A program made the translations under genes and the position numbers. Positions 37,161 to 48,184 of a stretch of 64,000 nt of DNA are shown piece after piece. Origin of the DNA: Stegostoma tigrinum. Taxonomy: Eukaryota. The stretch covers positions 14,237,342-14,301,341 of the forward strand of contig NC_081391.1 of assembly GCF_030684315.1 (NCBI RefSeq). Reading direction: 5' to 3'. Position 1 is the stretch's first letter. The number at the start of each line of letters is the position of its first letter. The notes under the pieces were generated by a model, which was not told where the DNA came from, did not search any database, and worked only from the letters and a program-made list of their open reading frames with translations.

Positions 37161-38309
37161 CCCTGTCCCAGCATGCTTTTTATATACAGTCAATCTTGAG
37201 TGTGCCAACGGCAAGGCTACATTTAGTGCTCAGCAACTGTTACACTTCAGGAGGTGGTGATGAGCTGTTTATTACAGTCCACCTGGTGTGGGAGAGACCA
37301 GAATGATGCTGCTGCTGCTGCCGCTGAGGAGGGGCTTCTGGGATTTTCATTCACAAACAGGGATAGCGTTCCAAGTCAGGATGGTGATAGATTTACATGG
37401 AGCTGCTTGAGTGATGTAGGGGCTGCACTGAGTCAGAAAATTGTGAACTGTTCCATAAATATTCAGTGAACCATCCTGACCCCAGTGTTATCCATGCTGC
37501 ACAGGTTTTGGAAAGTCAGGAGGGGAATAATTTGGAAGAGAATTCCCAGCCTGTGACTTCCCAGTTTCTGACCGGTACGTTCTGCAGAATGCAATGTAAA
37601 CGGCGCCTGAACCCTTCTGCTCGGAAACAGGCTGGCGTTAAGCATGCTGTGTGTATCCGGTTCCACATTGTGTTATCTCTGACTCCAGCAACAGCAGTTC
37701 TTACTATCCGTGAGGGAGTTCAGCGCTGGTCATCCTCGACGTGATTAAAAACTGAACATGGATATAAAAATGCTGAATGTGCAGTATAATTCTCACAGCT
37801 ATCTCCTGGGACATTTACCTATAGAGGCTGAGGTCTACTGTGTGTCTGAGACACTCAGCACCTTTCGCATTTTGATTTTCAATCTGGCCTCCTGAGATCC
37901 ACAGTCGACGAGATCCCCGCAGATTCAGAATGGATCCACAATGTACATCAGTTGTCTGTATTAACTGGTCCGAAAGCACAGGGATTCTGTTGCTGCACAG
38001 CGATAGGAAAATGTTTAGTGTCAACAAAATCTGGCCATTTCTCACTGGGCTCCAACACTGTTGTTCAAAAGGTACAAAGACTAATCCCTCAGAGTAACAA
38101 ACTGACAGAATTCAGCAAATCTGTGATGAGTGTTTATTAAGAAATAGCCTCAGATACAAAAGTGAAGTTTCAGAATGTATTTCATTCTCATTTTCAGGGA
38201 GATGTACTTCCAGAATTTGCACTTGTGCAGGAGGTCAAAGGTCAGTCAGCAATTCCATCATCGACCGGTTGTCAATTCTGATCGGTTTCTGGATCCAATT
38301 CCCATCCGG

Positions 38310-38420
38310 CACTGATTGGACGTGGCAACTGATCAATTGATTAACAAGAGTGATTGGCCATCACTGATGATGTCATTTCCTGCTTCATAAAATGAGGGTC
38401 TTCTCCTGCAGTATGAATAA
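38310..38420 (+). promoter_or_regulatory. Putative core promoter of F6 (degenerate TATA)
   Basis: Same block, but the TATA position reads TATGAAT at 38412. Confidence 0.55.
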
Positions 38421-38518
38421 CATCCCAAGCAAGTGATGTTTTAGGTGTAGTTGGTTTTCTTTCTAAGTTGGTTGATTGGTTGATTGCGGAGGAAAAGGAA
38501 AGCTGTTTGTATCATAAG

Positions 38519-41500
38519 ATGGCCTCCCAGATCAGTCAGACCTATCACCAGGATTGTGAAGCTGCTGTCAACAAGCAGATTAATGTGGAGCTCATTGCTT
38601 CCTACCTCTATCAGTCTTTGCTGAGTGCTGTCCCTGTGGGGTTGGAGTTAAATCTGTGATGGTAAAGTGAACTGTTTCTCTTATTTCTAACTGATTTGCT
38701 GCTACTGTAGATTGTGTTTTATATCTCCCACCTATTTAAACATCAGAAGGAAATATAATAGTATTCATTCAAAATGGGATCTGACACTGATATACAGTAA
38801 CAGGTCCCCTGTTGACTCAGTGACTGTGTCTGGTGGGTGAAGTGCTTTGTGAAATACATCTTGCAATTCACTTACTGGATTGTGACTGGTGGTACCTGCC
38901 ACTCTCTCTGACGATTATCATAACTTGACAGTACTGTCGTAAGAAGATAATTAACTGTGGGGCTGTATGACCACAGCAGGCCAAGCAGCATCTCGGGAGC
39001 ATAAAAGCTAATGTTTTGGGCCTGGACCCTTCATGCTGCTTGGCCTGCTGTGTTCATCCAGCCTGATGCTTTGTTTTCTTGTGTTCTCCAGCTTTTGCCA
39101 TTCCCATTGTCTGTGTAATTTAGCAAGAAGTTGGGATAACTGTTAGTTAATTAGCCTCCTGTTCTCATCTGTCCTGATGTATCCACTTTATCTTGCAATG
39201 CATGTAAACAAACAACAAGGGTTATTTTTCCTGTTGGAGAAAGGTATCATTGTGACTGTTCAGACTAACCAAATCTGATTTTCCTCAGCCATCAGGGTTG
39301 GGCTGTGACTCCCTGCCTGTTTAAATAGGCTTCCAGTGAGGCCTGTTTTGGCTTTTTGCTCTCCTCCATGTGGGTGTGACCCATTCTCTCTCTCAACCTA
39401 CAGACAATTGATCTGCTGTAGTGTGTGTGATATATTGGAGCCTCCAGTAGCTGCAGGAATGTGCTGAGATTATTGAGCCAGTGATTTTGAAATGAGGTTG
39501 TTGCCAGACCATCCTGGTCTGAAACAGACTGGCCCCTTTCCCCAGGTGGCAGTTTGCCTGTGCCCTTCCAGGGTAGACTGTGTTTGGAAGGTGTGTGTTG
39601 AAGTAACCTTGGTGAGTGCTGCAGGGGACCTGGTAGATAATGGACCCTGAAAGGAGGTGGTGAATGCAGTCCCCATGAAGTGGGCTGCTCTGTCCTGGAT
39701 GGTGTCTGCTTCTTGCATGTTGCAGATCCACCTCTCTGGACACATTGAGAATATTCATCACTCTCTGGGCTTGTGCCTGTTGGAAGGAAGCTGTCACTAA
39801 TGACATGAGGATCAAGTCCCTAGAAGCCTCGTTTGGAAGATGGGAACAGCTTTCCATGGTGAACCAGATGGGCTTTCATCACGGACCAGTGTGCCAACTC
39901 AACAGGGAATTGTGTGCTAATATAAAATCCTCACTGTTCCTCACCTGTTACATCATGTAACGACCCAATTAAATCTCACTTTAATCCAAAAGACAAATAG
40001 TCAAGAGAAATCTCTCACCAGGTTTCTTCAAGCAGAACGAAATTCATCTGCATTATGAAGCAGCCAATAAACTCATCACTGTTATTCCAGCATGTTATTG
40101 AACTGTGAATGTCAGTTTAAAATGAGTGCACGGGGTGGTCAAAATATAGAATTTGACCTGTACAAATAGGCCAAATCAGGTTTTCCAGCTTAATGTTATT
40201 GAGTGACATGATTTGCAGAACAATAGTTGATCTCCAGGCCACAATAGGTCTCTGTCATTTGACATTGCTTCAGTTTCTTTTAATCATGGGATGCTTGTTT
40301 GCAAGCTTCTAGAAGTGAGTGCGCTGCATAAACAGCCTATTGCAGTAACAATCCAAAGGCTATCACTGGGCAGGCTTTCGCTCGCAGAGTCTTGGTGCTG
40401 CTTTTGCTCGCAGAGTCTCCTCCCATAATGCCGACAGCATCTCTTGTAGAGCTATAATACATCCAACCCCAGTGGTCTTCAGGTTGTACAAGACTCGCTC
40501 CCTCCTGGTTATATTATTACAGCTGTGCCCAATGTCTCTACATCACTTTAGACCAAAGGGAGAAATGTAGTGCCTTCCAGCTGCCCCACCCTGAGTCCTT
40601 CCTGCGCCCCAGCTCCTGGCCATTCTGACAGTTCTGATGGATGTCACAGTGGAAACAGGAATTCAGCTTTTCTCTCCATAGGCTGTGCCAGACCACCCTC
40701 ACCCTGAGCAATTCAATAGTGTTTTCAAACCAAAAGATGGCATTTACATGGTATCTGGAACCAACTGGGTTTGTCGAGATTGATCTAGTTAAAGGATCTG
40801 CTGGTTAATTGGTTTGTCAACCCAGTGTGGTTCAATGTTAGGGATCCACACTTTGACAGCTAGCTGAATCATCAGTTTGCTTTTGAAGGATAAACCAGAT
40901 CTGCAGTTCTGAACTACATTCAGGCCCAGTGGTACATTTTAATGGGCTTTAACTTCTCTCTCTGGTCCAGATGTCCTACTTTGACCGGGACGATGTTGCT
41001 CTCCCCCATGTCTCGCGGTTCTTCAAAGATCAGTCCCAGGAGAAGCAGGAACATGCAAAGAAGCTGCTGAAATTCCAGAATCGGCGTGGAGGCCAAGTCC
41101 TCCTCCAGGATGTGAAGGTTGGAGTTGGGAAGGGATGGTGGGGTGGGCTGAGGTTTCAAGCCAGTGACAAGAATTTCTCATACTGCCAAGTGAGAAGTTC
41201 TCCCGTTGGCTTCCCTGTTTCTCTTCTGAAATGCCAGAAGCATGCCCTTTGGCCCATCATGTCTATGCTGACCCAACAAGCACGCAACCACGTTAATCCC
41301 ATTTACCGGCACTTGGACTGCAGCCCACCATGAGCTGGCATTAAGTAGTTGTCCAGATGTTGCTGAAGTAGTTGTTTGTTCCACGTTTCCCCCCCACCCC
41401 CCCCCCCAACCCCCATGCTGCGTTTCACAAATCTACCATCTTCCCTTTTTTCCCAAGAGTTGGAGATGGTGGGTTCCTCCAATCTCCTCAAACCTGTGCC

Positions 41501-43208
41501 CTGTCCTCCCCATGGCAGACTCCAAGACCATTATCCCTCTGTACTGTCCAAATGCCCCAGTCTTCCCGACTGCCACGAGATAACTGCCTCACCCCCGCAC
41601 CACCCCCTCACCTGCTCCAAGGAAACTCCCAGCTTCTCCAACCTCTGATCAATGGATTTTCCACCTTGGGGCAACATCCTGGTGGCCCTCACCTGCACCC
41701 CATTTCCAGTGTTTATCCTGTCCCTGTGATTGTGGTTCTGGTCACCACACTGGCCAGGTCAAAGATGGAAGACAATGCTGCGTAGTTTGTGACCAGACTT
41801 GGGCCACCCAATAGGGACAGGCATCATGTAGGCCAACTTCACCCCCTGGTTGACTTTGCTGATCCCTGAGGGGTCAATGGTCTTGGGCATTTTGTATCTC
41901 TGTTCGTTACCATAAAAACCACACGGTCCCTTCAATGAATCAGTGATGTTTCTGATTCTGCTGCTCAGACAGGGTATGATACAGAGCAAAAGTGGGACTT
42001 CAACCTGGGCCTTGTGGACCAGACATGGGGACAGTACCACAGCACCAAGGGCCCCTAGGATTAAGCTGTGCATGTCCTGATCTAAACTCCAGCAGATGGA
42101 CACTGGTGTAATCCATCACCTTTGTGCAAAATGAATCCCTATCCCCACAATGACATGGTCCTGGACTTCCTGACTCAGGGTAGGTGAAAGCAGTTCCCAT
42201 CTAACTGATTTGATCTTCATCTGGTCCTCAGGGATGGCACAGTTGGTCAGTGATCAGCACTGCTGCCTCAGTGCCAGGGACCCAGGTTTGGTCCCAGCCC
42301 TGGGTGAATGTAAACTTCAAACAAACATGTCTTCCCTGCATGGGTTTCATCCCACGGTCCAATGTACGGCTTAGGAAGATAGGCCACGGGAAATGAGGGG
42401 TTACAGGAATTGGGTGGGAGAGTTTTCAGTGGGGTATTGATGTTTTTGACGGGCTGAATGGCCTGCTCCTGTGCTGCAGGGATGCTAAAACATACCTGTC
42501 CTTCTTTCCGTCCTCAGAAGCCAGAGGGGGATGAGTGGGGTAACAGCCTGCAGGCAATGCAGGTTGCCCTGGATCTGGAGGAGAATGTGAACCAGAGTTT
42601 GCTGGATCTACACCAACTCGCCACAGCCCAGACTGACCCTCGTGTAAGCTTCACCGCCTTCTCATTCTTATCACTGCTAGACCCTCAGGGCAACACTTCA
42701 TTGGTTGGTCTTTGTGGATGAGAAATTCACTGCTGAAACAGTTTTTGTCTGGATATGACATTGCTATCACTGTATTCACTCCAAGTACAATGTCACAACT
42801 GCTCAGCAATGAGTGAAATGGGGAATTTGGGTTATAATCTAGTGGGAGTGCTGAAGTGATATTGGCCACTGAATTCCAATTTGGGGCCACTCGAGTTTTA
42901 ATACTCGTGTCCTCACTGGCACAAATTCTCCAGGTATTGGCTACACTTTCAGGACTGTCTGGAGTTAGTCATGGCTGAGTCTCTTGCAGTGGGCATTCTG
43001 AAATTGCCCTGTGCCATGTTAATGCACAAGTTGTCATATTCCTCTGTTGCAGCTGTGTGACTTCCTGGGGACTCACTATTTGGATCAGGAGGTGGAGATC
43101 ATCAAGCAACTTGGGGACTACATCACCAACCTGAAGCGCCTGGGAGCCCCTGAGAATGGGATGGGAGAGTACCCGTTTGACAGGCTCTCCCTGGAGGACA
43201 GCAGTTAG
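38519..43208 (+). pseudogene. Ferritin copy F6, probable pseudogene (exon-1 donor GT>CT)
   Basis: Exons 38519-38620, 40971-41117, 42518-42643 and 43053-43208. The donor reads TTG|ctgagt at 38621, and read-through reaches TGA at 38657-38659. Several conserved residues are changed (CDFLG, EYPF, TDPR, HAKK). The TATA position reads TATGAA at 38412. AATAAA at 43335-43340. Confidence 0.85.
42230..42483 (+). mobile_element. HE1-like SINE in intron 2 of F6
   Basis: Paralogous to 899-1160. Confidence 0.65.
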
Positions 43209-43777
43209 TGTGGCCTGGAGTACTGTCTGCTTGGTCTGAAAGCATTCCCCACTTCACCCTGGGCAATCTGTCTCCTTCCAGGGAGAAGGGGCTTGGAGCA
43301 AAGAATGTACTGGCTGTACCAGCTGAATGGACTGAATAAATCACATTGATCTTGCTTATTGTCCATCATTCAGAGCACTGGGCACTGAGGAAGGTGTCTG
43401 AGCTTGAAGCCAGTTCTTTCTGTAACTTGGCTGATTGAATTACTAATTGGAAGAGTGAGCACTTACTAGAGTTTTTTACTGTCACATATGGGACAGTAGC
43501 TAGAAGGAGTTCTGGTTTCTTTTTTTGTAGTCCCATAAGGAATTCAAGGTATTCTCCTCCAAATAGGATGACGTTGGGATTTGCTGACTGAAATGCAAGA
43601 TTCTCGAGGACAATTAGCACATATCTGTGTACGGTGGGGTCAATTATCAGACAGGAAGTTCCCATACCTTCTCTAAGGGTAAAACCAGACACCCAGTTCC
43701 ATGGTATCTTGGATTTGGAATATTTATGTGCAATGGCAGCTTTCCCTTAAAATCACTTTCTCCCCCACGCGCCACCG

Positions 43778-43808
43778 CCCCCCCCCCCCCCCCCCCCCGC
43801 CCCCCCCC
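43778..43808. repeat. Poly-C tract
   Basis: About 30 C residues interrupted by one G. Confidence 0.9.
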
Positions 43809-45164
43809 ATCCTGCCTCAGCCACCCTGAACAATAAACCCTGTTGGCCAAGTGGCAGACATGGCACTATGAAGGCGAACCTGCGATCTGATGGCTGGATC
43901 AGTTGACAAACAGCTGAAGGGAGGAGGTGCATCAGCCACTTGGATCCTGGTGGAGGAACCAGCTCAGTTGGGAGAGAGCACATCTCGATTTGTGCTTCTG
44001 GTCTCGCCTCCCCACTGCGACCCTACCCTCATCAATATAATCTATTCTCAAGATTGTTGCTTTGTTTCCCCGGGGGATGCAGCCCAGGGGTTGTTGGGAG
44101 CCTGGTAAGAGGTCAGACCAGGGCCAGTGTTTGGAGGCAAGGGTCATGGCCTGTCACCTCCACACCACCTGTTGCCACTAACTGCAGTGGGTAACTCTGA
44201 CTGGTTGGATATTTCTCCTTTTTTTTCATTCTGGGTTATGTATACTTCCTCCAGGGGCCCTTGATTAAATACCCACCTCAGCACAACAAATGTAGCCACA
44301 CTGGGCTTGAGATTTGCCCAGAATCAATCCAAAGTTGTCCTCATGTGGCTCCCTGACTTCGCTTTCTTTCTGTACCCCAGCACTCACTCCAAGTTGCCAG
44401 GTCTACTGAAATATAATCTTCCAGAACTCATCTGGGAAAATTCAGCCCAAGCATTCACAGCAGCAATGTTCCTGGGAATCAACTCAAGAAATTCCCCTGA
44501 ACTGTATTCAATTACAATAGGTTGTCTCATTGCCACTGACAGCAGGATAACAGTGACCTGGGAATAACACAGCAACGCTCATGGTTAAATGCTGCCATTT
44601 GATTGGCTCTTGCTGCTAAAGCCAGCATTGAATGCACTAAGCTGCCCCCTTGGTTCCTCTGAGTCTCAACCGAAGAGGGTTACTTCTGATGCAGGCTGAT
44701 GATACCCAGTGATGTTGAATGAGTAGGGACTTCCAGTACAGAGGTATCGCGGCGTGAAACATCAGCTTTTGTGCTCCTAAGATGCTGCTTGGCCTGTTGT
44801 GTTCATTCAGCTCCACACTGTCATCAGGGACTTCCAGTGAAGTTGGGAACCATGTAACATACTGAGGAAAGCTGGAGATAGCAGATTTCCTGTACAGCTC
44901 CTTTTCCCTTCCAGGTGTCAGGTCATGGGTTCGTGAGGGGGCTATCAGAGACATCCTGGGGATTGTTTCAGGGAGCTTTGTAGCGAGTGCACACTGCAGT
45001 CTCCACGCAGCGTGTGGGTCTGTAAGGCACTGAACGTTTGTTCCACCTCGTAAAGTATTTTATTTTTACCAATCTGAAGTCTTGGCTACAGAATGAATCC
45101 CTGTAGTGCAGGAAGAGACGATTTGCCTATGAACTCTGCATTGGCCCACCCTCCACGCTTACCT

Positions 45165-45715
45165 TCATGTTTCCCGTGGCTAATTTACCGAGCCTGCATT
45201 CCGCCTGTCGCTAGCAGTGGTTTAGTATTGCCAATCCACCGATTCTGCAGATCATTGGACTGTGGGAGGAAATCCAAACAGACAAAGGACGAACGTGCAA
45301 ACTCTGCACAGACAGTTTCCCCAAGTCCAGAATCAAACCCAGGCCCCTGGTGCTGTGCGGTATCAGTGCTCACAACTGAGCCACCATCACACCCCAAAGT
45401 ACCAAACACAGGAGGAGGCTGTCGCAAAGTCGAGTCATATACAGCATGAAAATTGACACTTCAGCCCGACCAGGTTTTGAAAATGTGGAGTACCATTTGC
45501 CTGCATTTGGTCCATATTCCTCTAAACCAGTCCTTTCCACATAAATGTCCAAATGCCTTTTAAATGTTGTAACTATACCCACCTCTACCACTTCCTCTGG
45601 CAGCTTGTTCCATACATGCACCACCCTCTCTGAGGCAATGTTGCCCCTCGTGACCCCTTTAAATCTTGCCCCTCTCCCCTCAAACCAATGCCCTCTAGTT
45701 TGGATGCCCCTACCC
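45165..45715 (-). mobile_element. Spacer module: HE1-like SINE plus CR1 3'-end fragment (best-preserved copy)
   Basis: ORF 45370-45726 (TRGHWFEGRGARFKG...RVVHVWNKLPEEVVEVG...FKRHLDIY) and the SINE head GGTGGCTCAGTTGTGAGCACTG...GGGTTTGATTC. Confidence 0.78.
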
Positions 45716-46210
45716 TGTCCCAGCATGCTTTTTATATACAGTCCATCTTGAGTGTGCCAACGGCAAGGCTACATTTAGTGCTCAGCAACTGTTATACTTC
45801 AGGAGGTGGCGATGAGCTGCTTATTACAGTCCACCTGGTGTCGGAGAGACCGGAATGATGCTGCTGCTGCTGCTTCTGAGGAGCGTCTGGGATTTTCATT
45901 CACAAACAGGGATATTGTTCCAAGTCAGGATGGTGACAGAGTTACATGGAGCTGCTTGAGTGATGTAGTGGCTGCACTGAGCCAGAAAATTGTGAACTGT
46001 GAATTGTGAATTGTGTTCCATAAATATTCATTAACACATCCTGACCCCAGTGTGATACATGGTGGACAGGCTTTGGAAAGTCAAAAGTTGAATAATTTGG
46101 AACAGAGTTCCCAGCCTGTGACCTACCAGTTTCTGAGCTGTATGTTCTGCAGAATGCAATGTAAACAGCACCAGAAACTCTCTGCTCAGAAACATGCTGG
46201 AGTTAAGCGC

Positions 46211-46412
46211 TAACACAGTGTGGAGCTGGATGAACACAGCAGGCCAGGAAGCATCAGAGGATCAGGAAAGCTGATGTTTCAGATAGGGACCCTTCTTCAG
46301 TCAAGGGAAATTCAGCGCATTTCTGAAGAAGCTTCCTGACCCGAAACATCACCTTTCCTGCTCCTCTGATGCTGCCTGGCCTGCTGTGTGCATCCAGTTT
46401 CACATTGTGTTA
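46211..46412. repeat. About 200-bp palindromic element, paralog of 11546-11746
   Basis: Same inverted arms, bracketed by the 13-bp direct repeat GGAGTT(A/C)AGCGCT at 46199-46211 and 46452-46464. Confidence 0.8.
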
Positions 46413-47039
46413 TCTCTGACTCCAGCAACAGCAGTTCTTACTATCCATGAGGGAGTTCAGCGCTGGTCATCATCGAAGTGATTAAAAACTGAACACGGAG
46501 ATAAAAGTGCTGAACGTGCAATATAATTCTCAAAGCTATCTCCTGGTCCATTTACGTATAGACCCTGAGGCCTACTGTGTGTCTGAGACACTCAGCACCG
46601 TTCGCATTTTGATTTTCAATCTGGCCTACTCAGATCCACAGCCGACGAGATCACCGCAGATTCGGAATGCATCCACAATGTACATCAGTTGCCTGTATTA
46701 AATGGTGCGAAAGCACAGGGATTGTGTTATTGTAGCACAATAGGAAAATGTTTACTGTTGACAAAATCTGGCCATTTCTCACTGGGCTCCAACACTGTTG
46801 TTCAAAAGGTACAAAGACTAATCCCTCAGAGTAACAAACTGACAGAATTCAGCAAATCTGTGATGAGCGTGTCTTAACACATAACCTCAGATACAAAGGT
46901 AAAGGTTCAGAGTCTATTTTATTCTCATTTTCAGGGAGATGTACTTCCACAATTTGCACTTGAGCAGGAGGTCAATCAGCAATTCCATCATCGACCAGTT
47001 GTCAATTCTGATCGGTTTCTGGATCCAATTCCCATCCTG

Positions 47040-47147
47040 CACTGATTGGACGTGGCAGCTGATCAATTGATTAACAAGAGTGATTGGCCATCACTGATGA
47101 TGTCATTTCCTGCTTCATAAAATGATGGTCTGCATTGGGGTATAAAT
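47040..47147 (+). promoter_or_regulatory. Putative core promoter of F7
   Basis: Same block, with TATAAAT at 47141. Confidence 0.6.
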
Positions 47148-48106
47148 AATGTCCTAAGAGAGTGATGTTTTAGGTGTAGTTGGTTTTCTTTCCAAGTTTG
47201 TTGTTTTGTTGTGCTGGGTTAGGAAAGCTGTTTGTGTCACAAGTTGGCCTCTCAGATCAGTCAGAACTATCACCAGGATTGTGAAGCTGCTGTCAACAAG
47301 CAGATTAATGTGGAGCTCACTGCCTCCTATCTCTATCAGTCTTTGGTGAGTGCTGTCCCTGTGGTGTTGGAGTTAAATCTGTTCTGGTTAAGTCAACAGT
47401 TTTTCTTGTTTGTAACTAACTTGGAACTACTGTAGATAGTGTTTTATATTTCCCTCCTATTTAAACACCAGGAGAAATCTAATGCTATTAGAAAAATGTG
47501 GTATGACACTGATATACAGTAACTGGGCCCCTATTGACTTTCAGTGACTGTCTGGTGGGTGAAGTGCTTTGAGAAATACATCTTGTAATTCACTGTCAGG
47601 ATTGTGACTGGCAGTAACTGTCACTATCTCTGAAGATTATCATAACTTGACAGTATGTTAGAAAGAAGATAACTGAGCGTGGGGCTGGATGACCGCAACA
47701 GGCCAAGCAGCATCTCAGGAGCATAAAAGCTGATGTTTTGTGCCTGGACCCTTCGTGCTGCTTGGCCTGCTGTGTTCATCCTGCCTGATGCTTTGTTTTC
47801 TTGGATTCTCCAGCTTTTGCTGTTCCCATTATTTGAGTCTTTTGGAAAGAAGCTGGGATAACCATTAGTTCATTAGCCTCCTGTTCTAATCTGTCCTGGT
47901 GTATCTGTTTTGTCTTGTGATGGATGTAAGCAAACCAGGGTTATATTTCCTGTTGGAGAAAGGTGTCATAGTGACTGTCCAGAATAACCAAATCTGATTT
48001 GCCTCAGCCTTCAGGGTTGGGCTGTGACTCCCTGCCTGTTAAAATAGGTTTCCAGTGAGGCCTGTTTTGGCTTTTTGCTCTCCTCCATGAGGTGGGTGTG
48101 ACCCAT

Positions 48107-48110
48107 TCTT

Positions 48111-48182
<72 letters not shown>
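48107..48182. repeat. (CT)n microsatellite in intron 1 of F7
   Basis: About 34 perfect CT units preceded by TCTT repeats. Confidence 0.97.

Positions 48183-48184
<2 letters not shown>

Noticed and set aside
36668-37306. 212-aa + strand ORF
   Set aside because: It is an antisense read of the SINE and CR1 fragments and is broken in all paralogous spacers.
43778-43808. Poly-C tract as a functional G-quadruplex
   Set aside because: It is present in one spacer only, and homopolymer length is unreliable.
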